Positions 1 through 14,184 are shown, counted from the first letter of the stretch. The stretch is DNA of 64,000 nt from the human T2T-CHM13v2.0 reference genome, Homo sapiens (GCF_009914755.1 NC_060933.1), one strand, 5' to 3'. Notes: generated by a model not told the origin, from the letters alone. Numbers and translations are program-made.

Positions 1-169
1 CAATTAAGAACCTGAAAATCAAATTTAAAAACTAATTTTAAAGGCTGTCCAAATGCAGGATTTCCTTGAGTGTGGAACCATTTGACAAAAATACATGAAT
101 AAAATATATTTTTATTACGTATCAAAAATATGTAGTGAGCATCAAAGATGATGAGAGACCAGGGAAGGA

Positions 170-640
170 CTCCCTGAAAAGTTGATATGTTAGCAAAAAT
201 TTGAGAGAGGTAATGGCATGAACTCTGTGGAAACCTGTGTGTGGGTGGTGGGGTTCTTCTGGCAGAGAGAGCAGCAGGTACAAACACAGACGCTTGTCCA
301 ACATGCTCAAGACACATGGATAAATTCTTGAATGGAGAGAGGAAAGCAGATGAGGTCAGCAAAGTAAAGGGGCCGGGACAGGCAGGTCATGTAGAGCTTT
401 GTAAGCACAGGGAAAAGGTCAACTTTTATTCTAAGAAGAACAGGAGACAGCTGGAGGGTTTTGAGCAGAGAAGTGATACGGTGGGACCTCCATTGTAAAA
501 GTACCCCTTTGAGGGCCTGCAGGCCAAGGGTCAGGAGCGGAGGCAGGATTCCAGTCAGAAGTCTCCAGCAACAATCTTGATACGTGCCAAGGGTGGCTTG
601 TACCAGGGTAGAGGCAGCAGGAGAGGCAGATCAGCACCAT
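170..640 (-). mobile_element. LINE L2 fragment
   Basis: Typical antisense L2 3' region (cttttattctaag...ctggagggttttgagcagagaagtga). Confidence 0.65.
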
Positions 641-719
641 CACTGCAACTAGCTCGCCCATGAGAGAGCCCACACCCTATCTTTGCTACTCTTCCTTCGC
701 TGCTACTCTACTCACTCAG

Positions 720-1770
720 TCAGTGGGGGCATCTGAGATGCCATATCATTCATATACCTGCACCCTCAACTGCAAACCCATGGCCAGGACCTCTCCCTAA
801 AACTGCCGGCTCATATACCCCTCTCCTGCCTCAACATCTCCCCCTGGGTGCCATGCACACATCCCAAATAGGACATGTGCAAGTCTAAACACCCTGTAAC
901 ACCCGAAACTGCTCCCCTATAGTTTTCTTTGCCTCAGTCAGTAGCAACATTATCCCTCCAGTCACCCAGGCCAAGAACCTTGAAGTCCTCCTTACCTCCT
1001 CTTGTTCTCTTATACTTCAAGTCCACTCCATCAGCAACATTTGTCAGTGATATCTTCCAAACTCTTCCAGACTCCACCATGAATCACTTTCTCCATTGTT
1101 AGCAGGCTCTCCAGGCATTATCATCACTTACCTGCATGACTGCAGCAGCCTGCTGGGTGATCAGTTTGCCTCAGGCTCTGAGCCACTCCAGTCAATCCTC
1201 CACTCAGGCTGCAGGACACGTCATTCCTATGCTCAAAACCCTCCATCATTGGCCCTGTCTCCCTGACAGTAACAGCTAAGGGGCTCTGCTCCACACCTTA
1301 CCCTCATTCCCACCATTATCCCCCAGCTCACTCAATTCCAGCCACACTATATCCTTGCTCCTGGACTCACCTGGCATGCTTCTGCCTCAGGACCTTTGCC
1401 CTGGTTGCTCCCACTACCCAGACCCTCTTCCCCCAGGTAATCAAAGGCCTCACTCTCTTGCCTCCCACAGGCCTGTGTTAAAATATCACTGGCTCAATGA
1501 GAATTTCCCTGACCACCCTATCTCAATTTTCAACCCTATCTTCAACCCAGTAGTCTGTGGCATCTTCCCACTTTATTTTCTCCAGCTTACATTTGTTTTA
1601 GAACATAGTATGCAATTTCCTTTTTTAAAAAATTTGTGTTTAATTCCACTATATTAAAAGCTCCTTAAGGGCTTTTTGTCTGTTCCATTCATTCCTGTCT
1701 CCCAGTACTTGAACACTGCCTGGCCCATAAGAAGTGTGCAAGAAGCATTTGTTCAGTCCATGCATGAATC
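720..1770 (+). mobile_element. LINE L2 (L2a-like) 3' part
   Basis: L2 motifs: tcctatgctcaaaaccctcc, gcctcaggacctttgc, cactgcctggcccataagaagtgtgcaagaagcatttgtt, tgcatgaat end. Confidence 0.75.
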
Positions 1771-2009
1771 TGTGTTTTGCTTCTAATGAGCACACTGGGA
1801 AGGGCAGGCTAAGCGACTTGCCTTAGGCCAGAACAACGTAAGCAAAGATCTCTGGCTTCACCTCTACTTTGCTGTAACATGTGTTTCTGTGGGCTGGGCA
1901 GGATCTCAGATGGGGCTTCCAGGCTGCAACCACAGAACACTAGTGCAGAACATGCGGCTATTTCACTGACAGGGCAGTGCTGCTACTTGGTGATATCCAT
2001 GGCTCTCTG

Positions 2010-2990
2010 TTGTAGACGGATTAGTGAAGCCAGACCAAGACCACGTGCCCCAGGCAGGCCCTGGGGAAGGAGACAGCACGGAGCCTTTCACATACTGGAA
2101 GGAGAGTGCCACCGTGGGTTGCCAGGGGAAAGCCATGTGAGGAGAGTCTGGAAAAGAGGCCATGCTGACATCACAGGCGGCTTGTAGAGGGCAGAGGGCA
2201 GCCACTGAAGGGGCCCTGGCTTCCCTGTCAAGTGGACAATTTGGTCAAAAACAAAGGCAGCTTGGGCTAAGGTGAGAGCAGAGGAGGCAGAAAACAATTA
2301 TGGTGACATCAACAGCAACTAGTGATGGGTCGGTGGGAAAAGGGGTTGAGGTAGACTGGAGGAGAAGGAAGCATCAGAGAAAATTCCTAAGGTTTCCAAC
2401 TTACAGAACTGCATAGCTAGGATGAGATGATTTGCTGAGAGAATCCTGGACAAAAGACAGGTTTTATGGGAGGAATCATTGGCTTAATTTTCAGGATGCA
2501 GCCCTCCAAGTGCCTTTGGGACAGTCAGGGGCTCACATCAGGTAGACAGGTGGATACATGTCCAGGGCTAGCTATAGCATCTGGGATAGGAATGCACATT
2601 TGGGAGCTACCTGCATTGAGGCAGGGATGGAAGCCAAGTGTGTGGATGAGATCGTCTGCAAGAACAAAGAGAAAGGAGTGGATGACTTGGACACAGCCTC
2701 AAGAGACTCCATAATTTGATGTTTGGTAAAAGCAGTGGATCTGCTTTTGTGAAATGGCACTAAGAAGTGAAGTCAAATGAGAACTGGCGAGTGCCCACTG
2801 GATGCAAAGCAATGCAAGTCACTGGTGAGCCTGGCAAGAGGTGCTTCAATGGCACCACAGGGTAGAAGAAGATTGCAGTGGATTGAGAAGTAAGCATAAA
2901 ACGTAGAAACTGAGATAGGCAGCTCAGAAACACTTCCTGAGACTTTGGTTGTGAATCAAAGGAAAGATTTGAATTGGTGGCTACATGGTA
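2010..2990 (-). mobile_element. LINE L2 fragment
   Basis: Purine-rich antisense L2 motifs (ggtggatacatgtcc, gtggattgagaagtaag, gagactttggttgtgaa). Confidence 0.6.
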
Positions 2991-4039
2991 CACAGTTTTG
3001 ATTTGTTAAGTTTTTAAAAATTAATTTTCAAATACAGATATATAGACATGTATACTTTTTAAAGAGAAGGTAACAGCTGAATTTACTAGCAAGATCAAGT
3101 GTAAGTTCCTGCTGAGGGTCAAAAGGAAGTGCTATGGTCAGAGTGGGGAGGCTCCCTCTGGTCCCCCTAGAAATGCAAGGGTGTCCAGTCCAGAAAAGGT
3201 CCTCCTGTGCCTGTGGAGCATAAGAAGAGTGATGGAAAAAGAGTGAAGTGACCTTGGATGATATCTGAACATGAGGTCAGAAGGAAGACAATGAACCAGG
3301 GGCCCACACCCTTGCTGAGTGAAGAACAATTTCCAGGAGGTCAGAAGAGAGCAAGGGCATACAGTAAGGACCTAGGAGCCATTAATCAATGAAAATTTAT
3401 TTGCGTCTGCTCCATGGTGACCGGGCAGGTTAGCAATAGGAGGGAATAATTACCAATGTGTCTAGAATCCAATGATCAATAACCTCATACAGTCCTAATA
3501 CCTGAGGAGCTCTTGGCAGGCTTCCAGTCAAGGCCAGGATGCCCAGGATCTTTACACAGATGAACATCTCAAGGCTAGAAAAACAAGAATATCAACGAAG
3601 ACATGTTCTTTCATATCCAAAACCATATGAATTCAGAGTCAGGAACTCCTATGGGGAGATGAGTCTAGTCAACAGAGGAAAGGAACATTGGCAAAAGGAG
3701 GAAAGTGGATTTAACCAGATAAAAAATAGAGTCCCAGTTGGTCCAATGAAAACAGAAAGATGTATAGGAGAAAAGGGAACATTTGAACATTCATTTGAGA
3801 GTGTGAGCTCTGGTAAATTAGAAAGGGCTGAAGCTGAAGCCAGAATTCCATCCAGAAATAAAGTACAACTCTAAGACAATGGGCTTCGTGCCAAGTTGTA
3901 AAAGAGAGGAATAAACCTGAGACACTGAGAAAGAGGAACCACTCAAATATTCATCAGATAGCAACAACCCAAACAGCCTGAATCCTTATTACCTAGCTAG
4001 AATCCAGAGGTTCTAGGCAAGTTTCATCTTTAAGACACC

Positions 4040-4175
4040 TTTTGACTTACTTAGCTCTTAATAGCCCCGTTTTACAGATAAGAGAACTGAGGCTCTGGAT
4101 GGTTAAAGTCACAGAGAATTGTTGCACAACTAGTGACAGAATCCACATTTGAACTCAAGTTTAGGTAGGTCCAAA
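4040..4175 (-). mobile_element. MIR SINE
   Basis: Core ccccgttttacagataagagaactgaggctc...atttgaactcaag. Confidence 0.75.
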
Positions 4176-5044
4176 CACACATGGAAGAGGAGCAGACAAT
4201 CACAAGAGCCTAGGGGACCAGAAACGTGGTCTAGGCTTCGGTTAAAACAAGGAAGCTCTGGATGAACATTTCACGCCATGCAGGTATCTGGGGACAGAAT
4301 CTTCATTAATGTTTTAGTGCACCTAAGCATAGTAATCATAGCTAATCTGGGAAAGCACTCAAACCAGCCCAAATTAGTAAGAACTGAACAAGGAGCGCTG
4401 GATTCTAAACTGTTGCAGAAGGAAGCCTTTCAGACTAACCTAAAATATTGCGAAGCAACTTTGAAACTCATAAAATATTCATTTAAAAAAATGCAATGAT
4501 AATGTTAGGCAGCTTATAATGGATAACTGTGTATGTTTTCTGACACATCAGAAATGCTCTACATGCTTCATGTAAGGTCCACACCAAAAGCTGAACTCTG
4601 AACAACTACACCACGAGGTCAAGAAAACACATGTTTGGAGGAAAACATGGGTTATACTTACATCATGGGATATTTAACTCATGATTTGGATGTAGCCTTA
4701 ACACTAGGGGCAAAAGTGTCCTCATAAGCCTGATCAGAGAAGGCCCAGGCCATGGGAGACTAGAGTCAGAATAAGGAGTCTCATTTGTCAGTCTTTGCCG
4801 GTCTTAAGAGAAGGTAATGGAAGACAAGATAATATTTAATATTTACATGTCTTTCAATGCTGGGGTAAAAGACTCACAGTTTCTAATTAGTATAAGTTTC
4901 CTATTTAGTACGAGTGCTACAACCAAGAGGTCTGGGTTCCATCTGCAGTCTCAGGATTCCAGGGCAAGACCCTTCTGCCCCGAACATATCTTCTGTTTAT
5001 ATAATAGAAGTGGAACAATTCAGTGGAATCTGGAATTGTCCTAA

Positions 5045-5435
<391 letters not shown>

Positions 5436-5851
5436 CTGAATATTCTTACAGAATGCCTCTGTAAGAATAAACATATCACCAAAAAGTTACCATGCAAAAA
5501 TCAACAATATTTTGTTTGAAATGCAACAAAATATGACAAACTTGAATATTTCTACAATGTGGTAACTTCATTGGCTCATTGTTTCACATTAACTTACAAT
5601 GGCAACTTACTCAACATGATTTTTTTCTCAATCACCAGAAATGGTCTCTTGTCAAAAGCATAAATTGAATGGTAGTGGAACATTTAGCATGTGACTAAAT
5701 GATTTGAGTGGTCATTGCTAAGGGAGCAGAATTGTGATCAAGTGTTAACAAAATGGTACATAGTCAAAGAGAGACAGATATCAATTGATAGCTATTTAGT
5801 CAGAGAGATAGACAAATACATGGAAGTATGGTATACACAGTGTTTCATGTA

Positions 5852-6270
5852 CAGTTGCTCCTCAACTTACCATGTGGCTACAGTCTGATAAACCCCTCAT
5901 AAGTTGAAAATATCACGTCAAAAATGCATTTAATACAACTAACCTACTGTATACCATAGCTTAGCCTTGCCTACCTTAAACGTGCACAGAACACCTTCAT
6001 TAGCCTACAGTTGGGCAAAGTCTTCTGGCAACATAGTCAATTATAGAGTATCAGTTGTTTCCCTTGGTGATCATGAGGATAACTAACAGCTATGGCTCAC
6101 TGCCACTGCCCAGCATAGTGAGAGAATATCATAAAATATATCACTGCATATCACCAGCCCAGGAAAATATCAAAAATTGAAGTACAGTTTCTACCGAATG
6201 TATGTAGTAGTCCCACCATTGTAAAGTCAAAACATCATACATTGAAACATTGCAAGTTAGGAGCCATCTA
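5852..6270. mobile_element. MER47B-like Tigger DNA transposon (MITE)
   Basis: TA-flanked cagttgctcctcaacttac start; tagcttagccttgcctaccttaaacgtgc; ~420 bp; inverted terminus. Confidence 0.8.
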
Positions 6271-6409
6271 CAGATTTGTTCATATTAGTATATATAGAGC
6301 CAGATTGTGTTTTTTAACAGCTTCAGAAGACTCTGCTGAGGGATAAGCTATCATTTATTAACCACTTTCTTGCTATTTTCAGTCTTTTGCTCAATGAAAA
6401 CCTTATACT

Positions 6410-7270
6410 TAAATATTTCATGTTTCTGAGCCTATCTGTAGAGAAAACTCCTGTAAATGGAACTGCAGAATCAAACGGTAGGTACACTTCAAATTGGGTA
6501 GAGATGGCCTGTTGCTGTTGAAAATTACTATCAAGTTCTCCATCACCTGTCCCATGAAGGTGTATGAGTGCTATTTCCCCAAACCTTGCATAATATGGTG
6601 TATTATCAAACTCTTTGATCCCTTCCATTGAAACAAGATGTCTGTTTCTCATTACTGAATTAATTGCATTTGCTTAATTTGGGTGACATTGAGCATCTTT
6701 TCTGTTAAAAGTGATTGGTATTTGTATCTTTGAAACCGGTGTGTTCTTGTTCTTTGCTCGGTTTTTAGTAGTTTGCAGGGATGGTATTATCTTAGATTAA
6801 GGCCGTGGCTCTCCGGCTGTGCTTGAAAGATCAGCACTGTCCCCTTCACTGGGACCTTGTTAGAAAGCCTGTTCCCCGTTGAGTCAGATCAGCTGAATCA
6901 GAGTCGCATGGGTTTGAAGTCAGCAATCTCAGGCTTAGCAAGGCCATCAGGTGATTCTGATGCTTACAAAATTTGAGAACCACTGTATTTTAAAAAATTA
7001 GGCCTCATCTGAAATATGTTGCAAATATCTTTCCTTTGATGTTATCTATTTTTAATTGTCTTCTGGACAGAAATTTAAAATTTCTGTATATCCAATTTAA
7101 CAAACTTTTCCTTTTTAGTATTTCAGTTTGAGTTCATCCTTAAAAAGTCCTCCCCTACTCTGAAACCACTAAAAATTCTCCCATATTTACCTCTTCGTTT
7201 TTTATGTTTAAATATTTGTTACAACAACTTGATTTATTTCTGCATCTTGAAACTATTATGTATGTGGAGG
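6410..7270 (-). mobile_element. Old L1M(E) 3' fragments, interrupted by a MER5A
   Basis: Antisense L1 motifs (ggaactgcagaatcaaacggtagg, taattgcatt, gttgcaaatatcttt). Confidence 0.55.
6803..6986. mobile_element. MER5A hAT-Charlie DNA transposon
   Basis: cttgttagaaa...ctgaatcagagtc...caggtgattctgatgc...tttgagaaccactg. Confidence 0.75.
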
Positions 7271-7679
7271 AATTTAAACTAGCATTTAAAGAATGGAAGA
7301 ACAAAAAAGAGAGGCACAAAGCATTATATGTAAATCTGGCAAAATTAAAAAAATAGATAAGCACATGGTTTTCATGATATTCAGAGAAATTCAAGTTCTT
7401 TTCAAAATCTAGGTTACCCAGCCATTTCTATTATCCAGTAGTTCTATCTCTTCTTGGCTTGCAAACATTTACACAGACCTTACTCAAAAGCTAATGTCAG
7501 TTTTACATTTTGTGGTCTGCTACCATTCCTTCTGTAATAAGAACCCAGTGAAGGCCAAAGAGGTCCCAAGAGAGAAGCACAAAGGTAAAGAGAAGGAAGC
7601 AAAAGGCTTAGTCAATCCCTTTTTAAGTGTCAGATGATTGTTTTATAGGCAAGGAGGCAATGAAATACTCCATTGATCA

Positions 7680-7705
7680 TGTGTGTGTGTGTGTGTGTGT
7701 GTGTG
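7680..7705. repeat. (TG)13 microsatellite
   Basis: Direct inspection. Confidence 0.95.
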
Positions 7706-8988
7706 CACGTAATTGGGGTGGTAGGTAGCTGGGTGATAAGGCTGGGGAGATGAGTCTAAGTTTGTACAAAAATGGCACTGAGCTGGATTTTTTTATGCAA
7801 ATAGAGAGCTGAGTGGACTCCACCTGGATTTGCCCTCGATGAAGAAACCTGGATTCTGATCACTTTTCCTTTTTGTTCCGCATCTTCTAGAGAGAAACTC
7901 CCAAACTCAAAAGGCACAAAAGTGCTCCAATAAAACAGAGTGTAAGGATGACAGAGGAAGGAAATCTTCCTCCTTCAAAGGCTCCTTTGTCTGAGCTCTG
8001 ATGATTATCTAAAGATGGTAAAGGAGGAAGGGCGTGTGTGTGTTTATTATGAGAAGGCCTAATGGAAAGTTCTTGCGTTCTTATTTTCTCAGAAAAATAA
8101 TCACTTTGCAGACATTAATTAGCTTTAGAAAAATATTGCCCCAGATCCTCTCATACAAAACGCTGCCCTCTTTAAGTCTCCTATCATAATTTCTGAGACA
8201 GAGAACCATGTGATGGAAATTGTACCCACCCCACGAGCACTCACTGATCATGGAGGTGTTCAGGGATTAGATAAAGAAATGGACATATTTTCATTAAGGT
8301 CATTAATTTCTGTGTTTCAAGAATCCGGTATTCATGGGTCAATTATAAAGCATGAGATTTCACCCTAAACTTTATCTCATGGTGTCAAATAGAGACAAAC
8401 ATTGAAAATACTCATACCAGTAAAGCATAATACTAAAAGATCTGTGAAATATATTTTATTGCATAGTACAGAATAGCCCACTAGCTGTTCATTAGTTTTA
8501 TAATGGGTTTGCTGCTGCTTGTTCAGTAAAAGAAATTATATGAGAATTGAATGACCCATAATGGGACTTGCGGGCTAAGTTGCTGACCTCTGCAATCAAG
8601 AATAAGGTTGAAGCAAACCCGGGGGGGCAGTACTTCTTGGGATAGAAGTTAGTAGTGGTGCAAAATGATGATGCCCATCAGGCATACCTGTTTCCTTTGT
8701 TTCTGCCACAATAAACCCCTAGGCTGCATGTGAGTTGGATCCCTCGTATCTACTCACTGGTTATTTTTCATAGAATCACAGGAATTATTTGATCTAATCC
8801 TTTTGTCTTTCTGATAAAGAACTAAGTAATAGGTTCAAGACAGCACCACAGTTAATGGCAGGAAAGAGAAGGACACATAACTCACAGCAATCTGAGATCA
8901 TTTGTATATTTATTTTTGATAGCGCTTAGTTGGTGATGGCGCCGAACATTTTAGCTTTTAAATTACCGTCAATTGAGTAATGATCTAT

Positions 8989-9279
8989 AGCTGTGCTGGA
9001 CAATACAGTAGCCATCAGCTGTGTGGGCTATTGAGCACTGGAAGCACAGCTAATCCAAATTGAGATGTCTTGTAAGTCGTCAGCAGGCATTTAAAAAGGT
9101 AAAATATCTTACCAGTATTTTGTATGGATTATATCTAAATGGTCATTTTTTATATGCTGGCTTAACTATATCATTAAAATTAATTTCAGCTGTTTCTCTT
9201 TACTTTTCCATTACGACCATTAGGACATTTTAAACTGTGCATATGACTCACACATTTCAATTCTATTGTACAGTACAGA
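8989..9279. mobile_element. MER33-like hAT-Charlie element
   Basis: ctgtgctggacaatacagtagcc...ctattgagcact...attaaaattaatttcagctgtttc...ctattgtacag. Confidence 0.7.
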
Positions 9280-11739
9280 TTTATAAGAAAACACTTCACT
9301 GCATTTAGGAGACAGCTATAAGGAATCTCTTTCCTAAATTTGCCAGTGGCTGAGAGCAAAGAAGGAGAGAATGAGGGAGCATTTGTTTTTATTACTTCAT
9401 AGAGTCCTTCCCCGTCAGTGAGGAGAGGCTTGCAAGCCATGTCATATAATGAAAACTAAAGCATTATTTGACACCAGTTAAATAACTTTCAGTTCATGTT
9501 TAAATATGTATGAATTAGTAAATTTAACTCTTAAAAAGCCATCAGCAATTTTGACAACATAAGAACCATCGTATTCCCTTTTGATTGAGCAGCTGTTTTC
9601 CTGGAAAAATCATAACCAAAATCAGTGTCCTACAAATCAGTTCTGCTCTTAAAAAGACATCTGTCCACTGTCAATACTTATACCAGGTAGATAGACTGAT
9701 GATAGATAGAGGCAATCCACCATATGAGTGAGAATTGGGGATGGTTGTTATCTGAATTGAAAGTTGCAGATCAACACCAAACACTTTTTTTACTTAAAAC
9801 AGCTGGCAGGCAACCACTCCACCCCAGACAACTGAATGGTCCTCTCACAAAGAAATTCTCTGGTGGAAAAATGTATGGCATTTGTCACAGGGAAATGATG
9901 ATTTTGCATAAATAAATAGGTTAATTTTCAACATATCAACTCTGGTCTCCAAATTAGAAGAAGAATGAACAATACTTTTTATTATCACAGATACACTCTC
10001 TTTTTGACAAAAGCACCCCAGTTGTTTTTTAAAAGGTTTTAATTTTTCAGTAAGATATGCAGTATTTACCACTGAAATAATACATTTCCAATACAGTAAA
10101 AGTCATGTGTGGTGTATAGGATACGAACAACATACAATAAATAATTTTTTTAAAAAAAAGGTCTCCTCCACTCTTCTCATGAGGAAACTGCTTTGCTGAG
10201 AATGCTGGGTTGTTAGACACAAGCTGAAAAGTGACTTCCACAACTTGGCATTCAATCTGTATGTTTTCTGAGTCGCCTCTTAGGAACAATTCTATTAAAG
10301 CTGTAACAAAGAAAGATTCTGGAGGTTTCTACAATAACCATGAACACATACTTCCCATCTGCAGGGATCACTGAAGTGTGAGCAGCAGTTCTGTGCCTTG
10401 GTATAGACAGCAATACCCCCTCCTTTCTCCTTCCTTTCCCTGTGCTTGCCCGGGACTATTACCAAATTAAATGCCATATGTTAAATGGGATGAAAATGTT
10501 TCCTTGCCACTGTATCTTTTATTTCTATAAAATGAACTATGTGTCTTCCTGTCCCCAGCCCACAAAGCCTCCTGCATTTCCAGAGATAGATAAAATTGTG
10601 GACAATTTTCAATTTCAGACAACAACCAAGAAGAAAAAAAAGTATGATTCCCCTACAAATTTGTTAAATTTATTCTAATTTTATCCTCCCCTTTTCTCTC
10701 CCTCCCCCTCCACCTCCTCAAATCCAAATGTCACTGGAAATGGAGCGCATTGTGACTGATTTGAAATGTAAAATGCTCCAGACTTTTAGCGTTACCTGGA
10801 AAATCTTCCTCAAAAATAATATTTTTGAAAATTTTTAGTTTGAAGCAGAAAAGTTCTGATATGCTGGACTAGCTTCTCACATCTGAAGGGATCCATTTAA
10901 AAGATAACGAGGGCAAATATGTAAAATAAATTCCTAGGGAAGGCAAGCTGTGTCTCTGCACAGTAGGAAGAAACTGAATTCCACCACAATGTTGTATTCC
11001 AGCATTCAATGGATGTAACAGATGATTCACAGAGCTTCTAGTTTAAAAGTCTCCCAAACCCACATAGAATGTGAATTGGAGTTTTAAAGAGGAAAAACAG
11101 CATTTTTCAAGAGAGAAGGAGAGAGGCAGGTTCCCACAACGCCAGAAGCCAGCACTGCTTTTCAGGCGAGCCTGGGAGCTGTCAGCAGTCATTGTCATCT
11201 GATGGGAAACCACAGTCTTACAACTAAGGACTGGATGCAGCCCCTTGCCCATCTTCTGCTCTTACAACAAGGAAGCGGAAAGGAGCACATGTAGATATCA
11301 TGAAACACATTCTTTAAGAAGACAAACAAAAGATTTAGACAGGTCTCGGCCAAGCGCATGAAGTGAAGGAGTCGAGGATGAAAGCATGCCGAACCAAACG
11401 GCAGTCCCTAGCGTGCTTGGCTTTTTTCTCACTTTAGACCACATCTTCTTACTCTTTTCCTAAATCCATTAAACTTCCACATTAACAGAAACACCTGCAC
11501 AGTAGAATTTTCCAAAACGGTAAATCCTGTTTTGGAAGGAATCCCTAATAATACGTAAGATACAGATTTTTAAAAAAGAACATGTTTTAGACAAGGACAG
11601 CATGATGCTCACCCTCCCTAACAAGGATACAGAAATGCAGATTTCTTCCCCTCTTACCAACTCCAGTACACGCTGACTCGCCCTCCCTGAGAGCGGTAAT
11701 CCCTTTCCAGGGGCTGGCAAACAATCATGCCAAAGCCGC

Positions 11740-12170
11740 CCGTGCCCCAATGCGGACGCAGCGAAGCCACGGCAGAAGGGGGAAATCGGTTACCTGGGGA
11801 AGAACACAACTCCGCTCAGAGCTTCTTCAGAGCTCCACTCGCGCAGGACAGGGCAGCGCAGGGTGTGTGGATGCGGCTCCTCCCGGAGGCAGGCGCAGCG
11901 CACTCCCTCCCGCCGCCGTGACGATGCTGTCAGCTGCTCGCCCGCCGTGCGCCCTGCACCGCCCACCGGCCGTGCTCCCTGCGCCCAGCGCCCTCGCGCT
12001 CCACCCGCTCGCAGCCCCTGCACCTGCGCTGGCCTGAGCCGCTCCGGCCTGGCACTGTCACCGCCGCTGCACGCTCCTCCTACTCTCTTCAATCTCTGCC
12101 TTCTCAGATGTGCCAACTGCTGCAGAGGCTGCTGCTCCTGCTTAAATGGCGCCTGTTCGCCTCCAAAGAG
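11740..12170. promoter_or_regulatory. CpG island promoter
   Basis: Dense CpG and GC-rich stretch in an otherwise CpG-poor window; GC boxes; CRE half-site TGACG at ~11919; GCCATTTAAG (YY1/TATA-like, minus) at 12141-12150. Confidence 0.85.
11794..11900 (-). other. DIRAS2: Non-coding exon 1 (5' UTR); 5' boundary uncertain, could extend to ~12115
   Basis: Minus strand reads ...CACACCCTGCGCTGCCCTGTCCTGCGCGAGTGGAGCTCTGAAGAAGCTCTGAGCGGAGTTGTGTTCTTCCCCAG|GTAACC; no ATG on minus between 11794 and 12190; sequence recalled as the DIRAS2 5' UTR. Confidence 0.7.
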
Positions 12171-12177
12171 CTTTTAG

Positions 12178-12191
12178 GTGCCACCTACTGC
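12178..12191 (-). promoter_or_regulatory. Candidate CTCF motif
   Basis: Minus strand GCAGTAGGTGGCAC matches the core CCASYAGRKGGCRS at all but the first base. Confidence 0.45.
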
Positions 12192-13704
12192 ATGCTCTTG
12201 GAATAGATGGCGAGGACTGGAATTTTCTGATAATTTAATGAATTAAAATAATTCCATTGAAAGGGAACCAGATTCTTTTGTTCGCATTGCGAACTATAAT
12301 CGCTACTAACCATATAGACTTTTTTTTTCCATTTCCAGATTTTAACTTTTAAAAACCGACTCATTTAAAGGCAGACGAAATGCCCTGCCCCATACCATAG
12401 CCAACCACACAGTGTAGATTAATATATTCTAATTTAATAGGATCCTATGACAACACCGCCATTGGCAAGCTTGGATTAGAATTGCTTTTTCACTGAGTGG
12501 TTTCACATTAGCATTTCAAGCAAATGACCACGTTTATTTCCTGACATTGATAAACAATTTTGTCAAAGACGCGTTGATTAAAAAACAGGTGAATCAGCAA
12601 GAAAAAATATTAATGGCTAACAATTCTGTGCAGGCATTTTTAAAAGTGCTTGAGCATAACATTGATCCATGTTAAGTTTAAACTACAGACTGAAGGAAGA
12701 TTTCTTCTCTTGGTTATATTACTCATTCTTTTGTAATACCAAATATGCTAAAAGACTTGAGCAAAATTAATATTCTGTAGTTCTTTACATTTGATTTTTG
12801 TTGTAGAATCCTATTTATCTGTTTTAATCCCGTCTTCACTTTCTAAATAATTAAAACATGTTAACCTTTGAAGTTCATTTCCATAGTAAAATTCTGCCCT
12901 GCTATTCACAGGAAATATGCTTTTTAAAAATCATACTTAAAAACTACGCATTTTACAACTTATAGTCAAGAAAACTTATTTTATTCCCCAGTTCATCCTA
13001 ATTCTGGCCTTGATCCTACAGCCATTGGAATATAAAAATAAAAATACACTCTTTTTACTAAAGTCATTTAAGGCTACTTCAACAAACCTTCCCCTACACT
13101 AATGATGTCTAAAAGCAGAGTGGTCACCCTGTCCTCCACAGTCTCCTCTTCATTGCAAAGGAATATATGGCCACTCAGAAACCCATCCCAGAGGAGGCTC
13201 CAAATATGATGACAGTGGATTCTGAGCACTGCCTGATGCAGTTTCTGGGTCCTGAAACAACCTTCCAGTTTTATAAGTCAGGATGTTGTTTTCCATGACA
13301 ACCAAAATGTAGGTTATCAGGTTAAATGACAAAATGGAATTTAAGAACTAAACAAAGGAGGGTAAAAAGATTAAATAAGCAAAAATCCAGTGCTAGTATG
13401 GAAGCAGGGAGAGCAAATCAGGAGCTGATAAAGAGAGCCAGTTCTATGCTGAATATCCCACAATGCAGAAGAAGCCTGCCTTTTGCCACATGCCATCATT
13501 ATTTGTTCTGAGAATGTGAAGCAGAGGCCCAAAGGCCTCATTTAAACAAGGAGCAACTCACTTAATATGATGTCTCTGGCCCCTTTGGCACTCCCCACAA
13601 TCCCTAGACTTTCATCAGCCAGAAGGAGCAGATTGCTCCCAAATTCCTCTTTTAACTTCCCCTTAACTTACATCCTTCTAAGAGCCTGACCCATTTGCTT
13701 CTAG

Positions 13705-14175
13705 GCTAGGGGCTCCTGACATCTGCCTGCACATTAGAATCAGCAGGGGAGCTATAAATACATTTTAAAACAAGGTCCAATTTCCAGTCCAGCTCATGCC
13801 ACAACTGGCACAGGACCTCCGTGGATGGGATGCAAACATCCATATATTTCAACGTGTTTATGTGAAGTTGCTGTTCGTGTCCCCCAAAAATTCATATGCT
13901 GACATTCTAGTTACCAACTTGAAGAGGTGGGACCTCTGCACAGAGCTCTCATGAATGGGATTAGTGCCCTTATAAAAGAGGGCCCAGAGAGCTAAGGCAT
14001 CGTCTATGAACCAGGAAGCAGACTCTCATTAGACACCAAATCTGCCTTGATCTTGGACTTTCCAGCCTCCAGAACTGTAAGCTATAAATTTTGGTTTTTT
14101 ATAGGCTACCCAGTCTATGTTTGTTTGTTTTTTAATAACAGCCAAGAGTAAAACAGAGGTTAAGGTCAAGAACCA
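13705..14175. mobile_element. MER5-type element split by an MLT1A-like MaLR LTR (~13857-14150)
   Basis: gcacattagaatcagcaggggagc (MER5); gtgtcccccaaaaattcatatg...tgccttgatcttggactttccagcctccagaactgtaag (MLT1). Confidence 0.7.
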
Positions 14176-14184
14176 TTAATCTAA

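Noticed and set aside
12051-12071. RE1/NRSE-like motif TGCAGCGGCGGTGACAGTGCC (minus)
   Set aside because: Only about 14 of 21 bases match, with mismatches in both core half-sites
11727-12177. Several overlapping plus-strand ORFs in the CpG island
   Set aside because: Expected in GC-rich DNA; no recognisable domain or splice structure
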